Source: Ignavibacteria bacterium (GTDB lineage: Bacteria; Bacteroidota; Ignavibacteria; Kapaibacteriales; UBA4661). From it: DNA of 64,000 nucleotides. The translations under genes and the position numbers were made by a program. Shown piece after piece: positions 9,707-18,846 of this stretch. Numbering within the stretch: the first letter of the stretch is position 1; the number at the start of each line of letters is the position of its first letter. The DNA lies in assembly GCA_013298775.1 (NCBI GenBank), contig JAAFIV010000003.1, positions 141,460-205,459 of the forward strand, read 5' to 3'. Below the pieces are notes generated by a model. It saw only the letters and a list, made by a program, of their open reading frames with translations. It was not told where the DNA came from and ran no database searches.

Positions 9707-11026
9707 TTACGGAGATTTTTTTTTCAACGCAAGCAATACTGCGGCACTGACAAGCGTAAGAATACTTGCAACAATCATCACTTCCTGCGCTTCTTCACGG
9801 ATGGAAAAAGGAGAATATTGCCACAACGCAAGATGTTGTGCGATTCCCCACAACGAAAGCACCGACCATACAGCAATAAACGCCAGCAAAAGCTCATCAA
9901 TACTGCGTTGCAAAACATGAGAAATGGAAAATCTGGCTGAAATAATCAGTACGGCAAAACACAGCAACACCGTACCAATACTTGCTCCCAGCACAACACT
10001 CGCAGGAAGAATGGTGAGTGCTACATATGCTGGATAGGCGTACCACGCAGGTCTGTCGGCGGGCGTGTGCAAGGGTGCTTGCGTGAGGTCGGCGGGAAGA
10101 GTTGGCGCGAGGCTTGTTGCGTAGCCCGCCCAGCACACACACACGCACACAAGAATACAAGCAATGATGGTGTGTTCAAGACTTTTGAACGTAACGTATT
10201 GATTGTTTTTTCGCGCTCGTATTGCCCAGACGCAAGCAACGGTCAGGCTTGGGAGTACAATAAAATGCAGCGTCGTCATTTTGAGAAGCGTTGAAGTGCC
10301 GAGTGCGCTTCCGCCGCGCAGTATTCCTGAAAGAGCATTGCCCAGTAGTGGTGCGGATTGCAGCGTGGAAAGCGCAATTTCCAATGCTGCGAACGAGCGC
10401 GTATCGAAGGGCAGAATATAGCCTGTGATGCCGCTTCCCAGCACGCACGCTGCGCCGAGGACAGTGAGCGCGGTCGTTTCTGTGGCGCAGACAAGAGTGT
10501 CTGCGCTACCTCTTTGTATTGGCTTCGAGGCGAGGAAACGCATTGTACACGCGCACAACGCCGCCAGCAACACCGATGCAACAAGGATATTCGCCGCCGC
10601 TTGGTGAATGCCGCGTACAAGCCAGCCATACTCTGCACCGCGCATGATTCCTTGCTCTACCGAGAAATACGCTGCATTCGGCAGTAATACTTGTTTGCTG
10701 CTCAGATGAGTAACGATGCGGCTTGCCGAGCGAAGTGTGTCGAGTGGAAGTATTGGCGCACGTGCAGCAGTGTCGTATTCCACAAAAAGCAGTTCCGATG
10801 CGGTGTATGTGGTTTTTGTTGGTGCGTGGCGGAGCGTTTTTGTTATTTCTAGCATCACCATACTCTGTCCCGACGCGCTTTCGGCGGGACGCGCCGAAGG
10901 CTCATACTGCGTCATCAGCAGTATTCCCGTGAGGCATTGCAACACAAAACTTTGTATGCTGAGAGCAAAGCTGAATCTCGCGCCGCGAGCAATGATGCGT
11001 TGAAGAGTGTGATTGGTCGTATTCAC
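9707..11026 (-). CDS. Cytochrome b (b/b6 family) membrane protein with a GTG start. It carries an in-frame family-3 repeat insertion.
   Basis: LQCLTGILLMTQY...YGWLVRGIHQAAANILV and LLKMTTLHFIVLP match the two heme-ligand His-containing helices of cytochrome b. It is standalone: no Rieske gene is adjacent. Confidence 0.6.
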   Translation of the reverse strand: MNTTNHTLQRIIARGARFSFALSIQSFVLQCLTGILLMTQYEPSARPAESASGQSMVMLEITKTLRHAPTKTTYTASELLFVEYDTAARAPILPLDTLRSASRIVTHLSSKQVLLPNAAYFSVEQGIMRGAEYGWLVRGIHQAAANILVASVLLAALCACTMRFLASKPIQRGSADTLVCATETTALTVLGAACVLGSGITGYILPFDTRSFAALEIALSTLQSAPLLGNALSGILRGGSALGTSTLLKMTTLHFIVLPSLTVACVWAIRARKNNQYVTFKSLEHTIIACILVCVCVCWAGYATSLAPTLPADLTQAPLHTPADRPAWYAYPAYVALTILPASVVLGASIGTVLLCFAVLIISARFSISHVLQRSIDELLLAFIAVWSVLSLWGIAQHLALWQYSPFSIREEAQEVMIVASILTLVSAAVLLALKKKSP

Positions 11027-11130
11027 CCGAGCGTGTGTTTGTGAGATTGAGGAAGAATGAATCTGTTAGCCGCGTCAAATATACAAAATATCCTCGTAGC
11101 CCAGTGATTACCGTGCATTCTTGCAAATTC

Positions 11131-11296
11131 GTAACTGGTCAGGTCTCCCCGTCGGGCGGCTGTTATCACAAGCGCAGTCGCCTTACGGCGGGTTCTTCGG
11201 CGCGTACTCAATAAAAGCGTCCTGTGTACACCCGCCGGACGGCTACTGTATCTGTAATAACAGCCGCCCGACGGGGGGAGTACCTGACCAGTTACG
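11131..11296. repeat. Family-1 element variant with a longer loop and outer inverted repeat GTAACTGGTCAGGT/ACCTGACCAGTTAC
   Basis: CCCGTCGGGCGGCTGTTATCACAAGCGCAG...CTGTAATAACAGCCGCCCGACGGGG is flanked by the outer inverted repeat. Confidence 0.8.
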
Positions 11297-11499
11297 CAAA
11301 TTCTTTGTAAATAATTATTCTCATCACATAATTTGTTGCATAATCTCCCACGATGCAATATCTTCGCCGCAGTTCAGGAGTGCATTTATTCAGAGTGTTT
11401 GCAAAAAAAATGTGCGACAAAAAGCTCTACAACAACGATAAAATCAAGTATTCAGTATTGTGTGTCTTTTCACAATTATTTTTCACAATTATCTAAAGG

Positions 11500-12237
11500 A
11501 TGAAGAACATGAATAGAGAAATTCACTCCTGGTGGAGTCCTCGTTTGGACAAGCAAATGGAAATCGCTGTGTACGGACACTACGGACCAGCATTGCTGAT
11601 GTTTCCTAGTGCGGCGGCAGATTATCTCGAGTACGAGCGTTTTTACATGATTGATTCCATTGCGCCGTACATCGAGGCGGGCAAAGTAAAAGTTTTTTCG
11701 ATTAACAGCATCAATTCTGAAAGCTGGCTCAATCGCAAAATGGCTCCGCATCACAAGGCAATTCGCCACCAGTCGTACAATTACTACATTTTTGATGAAG
11801 TTGTGCCGTTTATCCATGCGCATTGCCAAACCCGCGTGCCGATTATCACAACAGGTGTTTCGCTCGGCGCGTTCCACGCCGTAAACGTCTTTTTCCGCCG
11901 TCCCGACCTCTTTGCGGGAACCTGCGGTATGAGCGGCGTGTACGACCTCAGCCAATACAGTGACGGCTTCTGGAACGAAGATTGCTACTTCAATTCGCCG
12001 ATGCACTATATGCCGAATCACACCGACCACTATCAACTTGAGCAAATGCGTCGCGGTAGCATTACGATTATGAGCGGGCAAGGCGCGTACGAGGCTCCCG
12101 ATGCGTCTCGCGCATTCTCTGGTGTGCTGAATAGCAAATCTATTCCGAATGAACTGGACGTTTGGGGCTACGATATGCGCCACGACTGGCCCACATGGCG
12201 AGCGATGTTGCCGTATTACTTGGAAACACATTTCTAA
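11500..12237 (+). CDS. Putative esterase (esterase D / enterochelin-esterase-like alpha/beta hydrolase)
   Basis: A GVSLGAFHA nucleophile-elbow-like motif and overall putative-esterase family pattern. Family-1 repeats flank it on both sides. Confidence 0.6.
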   Translation: MKNMNREIHSWWSPRLDKQMEIAVYGHYGPALLMFPSAAADYLEYERFYMIDSIAPYIEAGKVKVFSINSINSESWLNRKMAPHHKAIRHQSYNYYIFDEVVPFIHAHCQTRVPIITTGVSLGAFHAVNVFFRRPDLFAGTCGMSGVYDLSQYSDGFWNEDCYFNSPMHYMPNHTDHYQLEQMRRGSITIMSGQGAYEAPDASRAFSGVLNSKSIPNELDVWGYDMRHDWPTWRAMLPYYLETHF

Positions 12238-12247
12238 ATGTCAAATC

Positions 12248-12360
12248 TTCCCGCCCAAGCGGCTGAGGAGTGCAGGTACGGTGCCGTCCGGCGGGTGATT
12301 CCGTTTGTACAGCACTCGCCGGACGGCTACTGTGCGAGTGATAACAGCCGCCCGACGAGA
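12248..12360. repeat. Family-1 element, orientation B
   Basis: CCGCCCAAGCGGCTGAGGAGTGCAGGTACGGTGCCGTCCGGCGGG ... CTCGCCGGACGGCTACTGTGCGAGTGATAACAGCCGCCCGACGAG. Confidence 0.85.
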
Positions 12361-12425
12361 AAGACCAGCGACCAACTATAAAGCTCAAAAGCCTGATACA
12401 TACACGCTTTGAGCGTAAAAAATGC

Positions 12426-12475
12426 GAGGCTTTTCCTTCAATAATGCAAACGAAGGAAAAGCCTCACTTTCTTTT
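12426..12475 (+). terminator. Rho-independent terminator: 14-bp perfect stem GAGGCTTTTCCTTC / GAAGGAAAAGCCTC followed by CTTTCTTTT
   Basis: Perfect inverted repeat with a 12-nt loop, read directly. It sits downstream of the esterase gene and before gltB. Confidence 0.65.
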
Positions 12476-12610
12476 AAACTACTTTCCTGCTCCAAGCCCA
12501 GTATTTATCCTGCCTTCACGCCAAAAACACCTTCCATTCCCCTGCAACCCGTTTTCTGCTATTGACTTCTTCCTCTTTTTCCCTTACCTTTGTTACTCTT
12601 AAAGAAATAA

Positions 12611-12662
12611 GCGAAATTTCGCCAAAACTTAAAAAAGTACATTATTTCGCTCCGAGCGAAAT
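12611..12662. promoter_or_regulatory. Two palindromes sharing GCGAA/TTCGC half-sites (GCGAAATTTCGC and TTTCGCTCCGAGCGAAA), 50-100 bp upstream of gltB. Candidate operator.
   Basis: Palindromes read directly. The function is inferred only from the position relative to gltB. Confidence 0.35.
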
Positions 12663-12712
12663 AAAATTGTAAGAATATTTTCAGAATAACGCACCACATT
12701 TGAGGAATCGTT

Positions 12713-15700
12713 ATGAATTCTTCCGAATACTCTCCTTCCGAGCAAATCCCAAGCATCGCCGGAATGCCGCCAAAACAAGGCTTGTACGACCCCGCATTCG
12801 AGCGCGATGCCTGCGGTGTGGGCTTTGTGGCAAATATGAACGGCACTCCGTCGCGGGATATTGTTACCAAAGGCTTACAAATCCTGAAAAACCTGAAGCA
12901 TCGCGGCGCGACGGGCTGCGACCCGCATACAGGCGACGGTGCGGGCATTCTCATCCAGATACCGCATGAATTCTTCGTCCGCGTTTGCCGAGAGCCGCAA
13001 AACCTGATTGATGGCGGCTTCGAGCTTCCAGAGAACGGAAAATACGGCGTTGGAATGATGTTTTTGCCGAGCATCGTTGAAGAGCGAAAACGCTGCGTAA
13101 GCCTCATCACCTCTCGCTTGAAGGCGGAAGGTTTGACCGTGCTTGGTTGGCGGAATCCTCCCGTGAACGACCAAGTTGCGGGCGATGTGGCGCGTGCCTC
13201 GCAGCCTGCTATTCGCCAAGTGTTTGTTTCTGCGCCGCACTTGACGCAGGAACAGCTTGAAATCAAGCTCTACGTGGCGCGGCAGATGATGTCGAAAGAA
13301 ATTGTGCGTTTGGGTTTGGAGCAGGGAAATTATTTCTACGTGCCGAGTTTTTCCACGCGCACCATTTGCTACAAGGGCTTGCTGCAGCCCGAACAGATGG
13401 ATTCCTACTTCATTGACCTGAAAGCAAACGATTTTATTTCCGCGCTCGCCCTTGTGCATCAGCGTTTTAGCACCAATACCTTCCCCACGTGGGGTTTGGC
13501 GCACCCCTTCCGCTATTTGGCGCACAATGGCGAAATCAACACGCTGCGCGGCAACGTAAACTGGATGCGGGCGCGAGAAGCAATGCTGGAATCGCCCTTA
13601 TTTGGTGCGGATATTAAAAAAATTAAACCGATTATCACTGAAAGCGGTTCTGATTCGGCAATTCTCGACAACGCGCTTGAACTCTTGGTTCTGAGCGGTC
13701 GCTCCGTTCCCCACGCGCTGATGATGCTCGTGCCAGAAGCATGGGAAGCAAAAGCCGATATGAGCGAGGAATTACGCGCCTTCTACCAATATCACTCGAC
13801 GCTTTCCGAGCCGTGGGACGGTCCCGCCGCGCTGTCCTTCACCGACGGCACAATTATCGGCACTGCGCTCGACAGAAATGGTCTCCGACCCGCACGGTAT
13901 CTCGTTACGGAGGATGGCATTGTGGCACTGGCTTCGGAAGCGGGCGTGCTGGATTTCCCGCCCGAAACGATTGTCCGCAAAGGGCGCGTCGAACCCGGAA
14001 GCATGATGGTTGCTGACCTCACGGCTGGTCGCATTTTGGAAAATGAGGAAATCAAACGCACCATTGCAACGCGGCAACCATACGCCGAGTATGTAAAATC
14101 GCACGTTATTCGCCTTGAGCATTTGCCAGAAGCCTCATCGGAACTGGCTTCGTTGCCAAATCTTGCTGACAAAGAAACGCTTGTCGAGCAACAACAAGCA
14201 TTCGGTTATTCTGACGAAGACCTGCGTGTCATTTTGCAACCAATGTCGCAAAATGGCGAAGAACCTGTCGGCTCAATGGGAACCGACACGCCGCTTGCGG
14301 TCTTGTCCGAGAAGCCGCAGCTCCTTTCAAATTACTTCAAACAACTTTTCGCGCAAGTAACGAATCCGCCTATTGACCCGCTTCGTGAGCGGTCGGTGAT
14401 GTCGTTGAAAATTTATACAGGACGGCGCGGCAAGTTTTTGAATGAAGAATTTGACCCGCTCCGCTGTGATTTGGAGCTGGATTCACCGATTTTGACCGAC
14501 GACGAATTAGCGAAAATCAAGGCTCTGGGCAGCAATGCCGAATCCCCCCTCAATCAGACCCTCACCCCAACCCTCTCCCACAGGGAGAGGGCTTCAGAAT
14601 CTTCACCCTCGCCCTCTGGGAGAGGGTCGCTCGAAGAGCGGGGTGAGGGAAAGGCGCGAGAAATCACCCACAACATGAGTTCCGCAACGCTTTCCACCTT
14701 GTTTCCCATTGCAAAAGGCGCGGAAGGCTTGGTAAAAGCTCTCACCAGCCTTTGCGAGCAGGCGGAAGCGGTGATTGAAGAAGGACACGCGCTGCTTATC
14801 CTCAGCGATAGAGGCGTAAACAAGACCATGGCTCCCATTCCCGCGCTCTTGGCGGTTTCGGCGGTGCATCATCATCTCATCAAAACGGGCAAGCGGACGC
14901 AAGTGGGCTTGGTGGTGGAATCGGGCGAGCCGCGTGAAGTCATGCACTTCGCGCTGCTGATTGGCTATGGCGCGAGCGCAATCAATCCGTATCTCGCTTT
15001 GGGAACAATCAAGCATTCCTTCGCAGCCGCAAATGCAGTGGCGACGGTGCATGGAGCGGAGTTGTCCGCGCTTGGCAGCATCAAGGCTTTGACCGAAAAT
15101 TACCGCAAAGCCATTGGCAAAGGTTTGCTGAAAATTATGAGCAAAATGGGGATTTCGACGCTCATGTCGTACCGAGGAGCGCAAATTTTCGAGGCAGTTG
15201 GACTCAGTTCGCAACTCATTGACAACTACTTCCCCCGGACCCCGTCTCGCTTGGAGGGCATTGACCTTCGCCACATCGTGCGCGACGTGGAAACCTTCCA
15301 CAAACACGCTTTCCCCGCAAAGCCAGTTCTGAAGGCGCGTTCAGGCGCGTCGCTGCGTCGGTCGGGCTTGTACCAATGGCAGCGCGATGGCGAGTTTCAT
15401 GCCTACAACCCCGCATCAATCCACAAACTTCAGCAAGCAACCGCGCAAAACGATTACGCCGCCTTCAAGGAATACTCTGCACTCGTGAACACGGTGCAAA
15501 AGAAAAACGCGATGCTGCGTGGGTTGTTGGAGTTCAAGAAGGCAGATTCTATCCCGCTTTCGGAGGTGGAACCTGTTGAAGAAATTATGAAACGCTTTGC
15601 AACCGGCGCGATGTCGTTTGGTTCTATCAGCAAAGAAGCGCATGAAACCTTGGCGGAAGCAATGAACGCGATTGGCGGCAAAAGCAACACGGGCGAAGGC

Positions 15701-17506
15701 GGCGAGGACGCAGAACGCTTCGGGACAAATCGCCGCTCGGCTATCAAGCAAGTAGCGTCGGGGCGTTTCGGGGTTACGTCGCATTATTTGGTGAATGCGG
15801 ATGAATTGCAAATCAAGGTGGCGCAAGGCGCGAAGCCAGGTGAAGGCGGACAACTGCCCGGACACAAGGTAGATGCGACGATTGCGCGGGTGCGCCATTC
15901 CGTGCCGGGCGTTACGCTGATTTCGCCGCCGCCGCACCACGACATTTACTCGATTGAAGACCTTGCGCAACTTATCTACGACCTCAAAAATGCGAACAGC
16001 AAAGCCGATATTTCCGTGAAACTCGTCTCGGAAGTAGGCGTGGGCGTAGTAGCGGCGGGCGTTGCGAAGGCTCATGCGGATATGATTTTGATTTCCGGCT
16101 ACGACGGCGGCACGGGCGCGTCGCCGATAAGTTCCACGCGGCACGCGGGTATTCCGTGGGAAATCGGCTTGGCAGAAACCCAGCAAACACTTGTGCTGAA
16201 CGACCTTCGCGGGCGTGTGCGTGTGCAGGTGGATGGTCAGTTAAAAACGGGGCGTGATGTCGTTGTTGCCGCGCTTTTGGGCGCAGAGGAATTTGGCTTC
16301 TCGACCGCGCCGTTAGTAGTTTCGGGCTGTATTTTGATGCGCAAATGCCACTTGAACACGTGTCCTGTCGGCATTGCCACGCAAAAGCCTGAACTCCGCG
16401 CAAAATATACGGGCAAGGCAGAACACATCATCAATTTCTTCCGTTTTATTGCCGAAGAAGTACGCGAATTGATGTCGGAACTCGGCTTCCGCACCATGAA
16501 CGAAATGATTGGTCGCTCAGATGCTCTCAAACCCGCATTAGACCTTGCCGGCAAGGCGGCAACGCTGGATTTATCAGCAATTTTGTACAACCCGGGCGTA
16601 CAATCAAACAAACTCGACCTCGCCCAGACACCGCTTCGTTGCGTTTCTGCACAGGAGCATGGCTTGGAGGACGCACTAGACCACGAGTTGATTGCGCTCT
16701 CTCGTCCCGCGCTCGAATCCAAGCGGTCGGTGTCGTTTGATATTCGTATTCGCAATGTTCACCGCACGGTCGGTACATTGCTTGGAAGCGAGATTTCACG
16801 ACGCTTTGGTGAAGAAGGCTTGCCAGAAAACACCATCAATGCCACGTTCACGGGAACGGCTGGGCAAAGTTTCGGCGCATTCGTCCCGAAGGGCGTAACG
16901 ATGCGGCTTGTGGGCGAAGGAAATGATTATGTTGGCAAAGGTTTGTCGGGCGGAACGATTATTGTTGTGCCAAACCCCGCAGCCCGCTTCAATGCTGAGG
17001 AAAACGTCATTGCGGGCAATACAATTCTCTACGGCGCGACGAGCGGAACGGCGTTCATTCGCGGGCAGGTTGGCGAACGCTTTGCGGTGCGCAATTCTGG
17101 CGCGACGGTCGTCGTAGAGGGCGTTGGCGACCACGCTTGCGAGTACATGACAGGCGGAACGGTGGTGGTGCTTGGAAAAACGGGACACAACTTTGCGGCG
17201 GGCATGAGCGGCGGCGTGGCATTCGTCTATGACCCGCATCGCGCCTTCCCTCTGCGCTGCAATCACGAAATGGTGGATGTTGTGAATGTGTTGGATGCCG
17301 AGCAGCAAGAACGCCTGCACAGCTTGATTTCACGCCACGTTGAGCAGACGGAGAGCGCGATTGGCAAGCGTATTTTGGAGTCGTGGAATACGGCGGTGCA
17401 AGACTTCGCGCTCGTCTTCCCGCACGAGTACCGCAAATACTTGCAGCGCACTCGCCCACAACCCGCACAAACACTGGTAGAATTGGGCAAAGAACTTGCG
17501 GTGTGA
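12713..17506 (+). CDS. gltB: Glutamate synthase large subunit
   Basis: N-terminal CGVGFVA (Ntn amidotransferase Cys), central and FMN domains and a C-terminal GXGXG beta-helix. 1597 aa, including a ~32-aa repeat-derived in-frame insertion at residues ~616-647. Confidence 0.95.
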   Translation: MNSSEYSPSEQIPSIAGMPPKQGLYDPAFERDACGVGFVANMNGTPSRDIVTKGLQILKNLKHRGATGCDPHTGDGAGILIQIPHEFFVRVCREPQNLIDGGFELPENGKYGVGMMFLPSIVEERKRCVSLITSRLKAEGLTVLGWRNPPVNDQVAGDVARASQPAIRQVFVSAPHLTQEQLEIKLYVARQMMSKEIVRLGLEQGNYFYVPSFSTRTICYKGLLQPEQMDSYFIDLKANDFISALALVHQRFSTNTFPTWGLAHPFRYLAHNGEINTLRGNVNWMRAREAMLESPLFGADIKKIKPIITESGSDSAILDNALELLVLSGRSVPHALMMLVPEAWEAKADMSEELRAFYQYHSTLSEPWDGPAALSFTDGTIIGTALDRNGLRPARYLVTEDGIVALASEAGVLDFPPETIVRKGRVEPGSMMVADLTAGRILENEEIKRTIATRQPYAEYVKSHVIRLEHLPEASSELASLPNLADKETLVEQQQAFGYSDEDLRVILQPMSQNGEEPVGSMGTDTPLAVLSEKPQLLSNYFKQLFAQVTNPPIDPLRERSVMSLKIYTGRRGKFLNEEFDPLRCDLELDSPILTDDELAKIKALGSNAESPLNQTLTPTLSHRERASESSPSPSGRGSLEERGEGKAREITHNMSSATLSTLFPIAKGAEGLVKALTSLCEQAEAVIEEGHALLILSDRGVNKTMAPIPALLAVSAVHHHLIKTGKRTQVGLVVESGEPREVMHFALLIGYGASAINPYLALGTIKHSFAAANAVATVHGAELSALGSIKALTENYRKAIGKGLLKIMSKMGISTLMSYRGAQIFEAVGLSSQLIDNYFPRTPSRLEGIDLRHIVRDVETFHKHAFPAKPVLKARSGASLRRSGLYQWQRDGEFHAYNPASIHKLQQATAQNDYAAFKEYSALVNTVQKKNAMLRGLLEFKKADSIPLSEVEPVEEIMKRFATGAMSFGSISKEAHETLAEAMNAIGGKSNTGEGGEDAERFGTNRRSAIKQVASGRFGVTSHYLVNADELQIKVAQGAKPGEGGQLPGHKVDATIARVRHSVPGVTLISPPPHHDIYSIEDLAQLIYDLKNANSKADISVKLVSEVGVGVVAAGVAKAHADMILISGYDGGTGASPISSTRHAGIPWEIGLAETQQTLVLNDLRGRVRVQVDGQLKTGRDVVVAALLGAEEFGFSTAPLVVSGCILMRKCHLNTCPVGIATQKPELRAKYTGKAEHIINFFRFIAEEVRELMSELGFRTMNEMIGRSDALKPALDLAGKAATLDLSAILYNPGVQSNKLDLAQTPLRCVSAQEHGLEDALDHELIALSRPALESKRSVSFDIRIRNVHRTVGTLLGSEISRRFGEEGLPENTINATFTGTAGQSFGAFVPKGVTMRLVGEGNDYVGKGLSGGTIIVVPNPAARFNAEENVIAGNTILYGATSGTAFIRGQVGERFAVRNSGATVVVEGVGDHACEYMTGGTVVVLGKTGHNFAAGMSGGVAFVYDPHRAFPLRCNHEMVDVVNVLDAEQQERLHSLISRHVEQTESAIGKRILESWNTAVQDFALVFPHEYRKYLQRTRPQPAQTLVELGKELAV
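14558..14653. repeat. Family-4 composite palindromic element (CCCTCACCCC...GGGAGAGGG...GGGTGAGGG) inserted in-frame inside gltB
   Basis: Near-identical to the reverse complement of the intergenic copy at 22104-22216. A partial copy lies at 61953-62005. Confidence 0.8.
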
Positions 17507-17573
17507 GGGAAATTGTGTAGTTTATGAGAAGTTTCGTTTAAGCATTACTTTGTTCACTTTTTTGTTCAGCATT

Positions 17574-17807
17574 ATGGCTTCCATCATTCATTCCGACCCC
17601 GACATTCTTGGCGGAACGCCCGTTTTTCGCGGTACTCGTGTTCCCGTTGAAAGCCTTTTTGACCATTTGGCAAAAAGTATTCCTTTAGATGAATTTTTGG
17701 ATGATTTTCCAACGGTTTCCCGCGAACAGGCAGTATCTGTGCTGGAATCAAGTTCACGGCTTCTCCAATCTTTGACGGCATTGCACGATGAGAATCTTGT
17801 TGGATGA
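17574..17807 (+). CDS. DUF433-family small protein (antitoxin-like partner of DUF5615)
   Basis: 77 aa, IIHSDPDILGGTPVFRGTRVPVESLFDHL is typical of DUF433. It overlaps the downstream gene by 20 bp. Confidence 0.55.
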   Translation: MASIIHSDPDILGGTPVFRGTRVPVESLFDHLAKSIPLDEFLDDFPTVSREQAVSVLESSSRLLQSLTALHDENLVG

Positions 17808-18189
17808 AAATTTACCGAAAAAACTCAAGCGTGAATTTCCTCAGCATGAGATTTGGACAGCTCGTGAAAAAGGTTGGAATGGCAAGAAAAATGGTGAGTT
17901 ACTCGCGCTCATGTTGCAAGACGGTATTGATGTTTTGCTGACATTTGACAAGAATTTGCAGCACCAGCAAAATTTTTCAAAATATCCGATTGTCGTGATT
18001 GTCTTGAATGCTTTTAGTAATGATTATGCAGAATTGCTAGTAATGATTATGCAGAATTGCTGCCACTTATGCCCAAAGTACGCAATTTTTTGGATAATTC
18101 ACCACAAGCAGGAGCAATACTCCTTTCGTAAAGGTTCAGAATCCATATCAGTCAGGTTTTTTATTCACTTTTCCCTATTTGCAGTATGA
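17788..18189 (+). pseudogene. DUF5615 (Mut7-C/PIN-like) toxin-like gene, C-terminus frameshifted by a 23-bp tandem duplication
   Basis: The N-terminus MRILLDENLPKKLKREF... is typical of DUF5615. Removing one copy of the 23-bp duplication (18016-18061) restores the ending ...ELLPLMPKVRNFLDNSPQAGAILLS*. Confidence 0.5.
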
Positions 18190-18719
18190 AAACATTTTTT
18201 ACCAATCTTGCCAGTGCTGCTGCGCTTGCAGCCCTCATGTTTGCTTGTGCGCCCACGCCACCAACACCGCCCGCAGACTTTATTGCTGGCGATTCTAACC
18301 TCGTTAATGTTGCTTCGTCGTGGACGCGCATTGCGGGACCGTACATCGGCACGGCTGGACCAGATGGCTCGTTTCTTGGTGCAGCGCACCGCGTCGGCGA
18401 TACAACAGTTACCCGTACCGTGTATTCGCGGAATAATTTTGTCAGCATCAGCAAAGACGCGAGCAGTGGACGTTATCCCGTCGGAACGATGCTTGTGAAA
18501 CTCTTTCGTCGTCGCACAGACAGCACGGTTATTGGCGGCTCGATGATGGTTAAGCGTGGTGGCGACTTTGCTGCGGCAAACGCAACAGGCTGGGAGTGGA
18601 TTAACTTGAACGCGAGCGGGCAGGTTGCAACACGCTTCCGCAGCGATAGTGCTGCTGCTGCGTGCGTGGGCTGCCATCGTACGCGGATGTCGAATGATTA
18701 TTCTTGGTCGTTGAAGTAA
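18186..18719 (+). CDS. Secreted lipoprotein with a C-terminal CxxCH heme-c motif (possibly cytochrome P460/c'-beta-like)
   Basis: Signal peptide with a lipobox-like FAC. The single CVGCH motif sits 20 aa from the C-terminus, as in P460-family proteins. The family assignment is not verified. Confidence 0.35.
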   Translation: MKTFFTNLASAAALAALMFACAPTPPTPPADFIAGDSNLVNVASSWTRIAGPYIGTAGPDGSFLGAAHRVGDTTVTRTVYSRNNFVSISKDASSGRYPVGTMLVKLFRRRTDSTVIGGSMMVKRGGDFAAANATGWEWINLNASGQVATRFRSDSAAAACVGCHRTRMSNDYSWSLK

Positions 18720-18793
18720 TGTTGTTGCTTTTATTTTTCGCTATTCTGCTTGAGATACCTCAAACATCTTCAACATTGGCACTGATAAAACGA

Positions 18794-18840
18794 AAGCCCT
18801 TGATGACTGATTCTATCAGCTCTTCAAGGGCTTTTTCTTT
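18794..18840. terminator. Bidirectional terminator hairpin (AAGCCCTTGA ... TCAAGGGCTT followed by TTTCTTT) between convergent genes
   Basis: 10-bp perfect stem read directly. It lies between the + strand lipoprotein gene and the - strand methyltransferase gene. Confidence 0.6.
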
Positions 18841-18846
18841 ATACAT

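Noticed and set aside
10133-10150. Short (CA)5-type dinucleotide run encoding VCVCVC inside the cytochrome b gene
   Set aside because: Five units is below the length usually associated with slipped-strand phase variation. It is probably just a hydrophobic helix segment.
12559-13266. 235-aa minus-strand ORF spanning the gltB start region
   Set aside because: It overlaps the N-terminal amidotransferase domain of gltB, including the catalytic Cys, on the opposite strand and has no motifs.
13772-16186. Several 100-250-aa antisense ORFs inside gltB (e.g. 13792-14172, 14603-15307, 15416-16186)
   Set aside because: They lie entirely within a strongly supported 1597-aa coding region on the opposite strand and have Arg/Ala-rich compositions typical of antisense frames of GC-rich genes.
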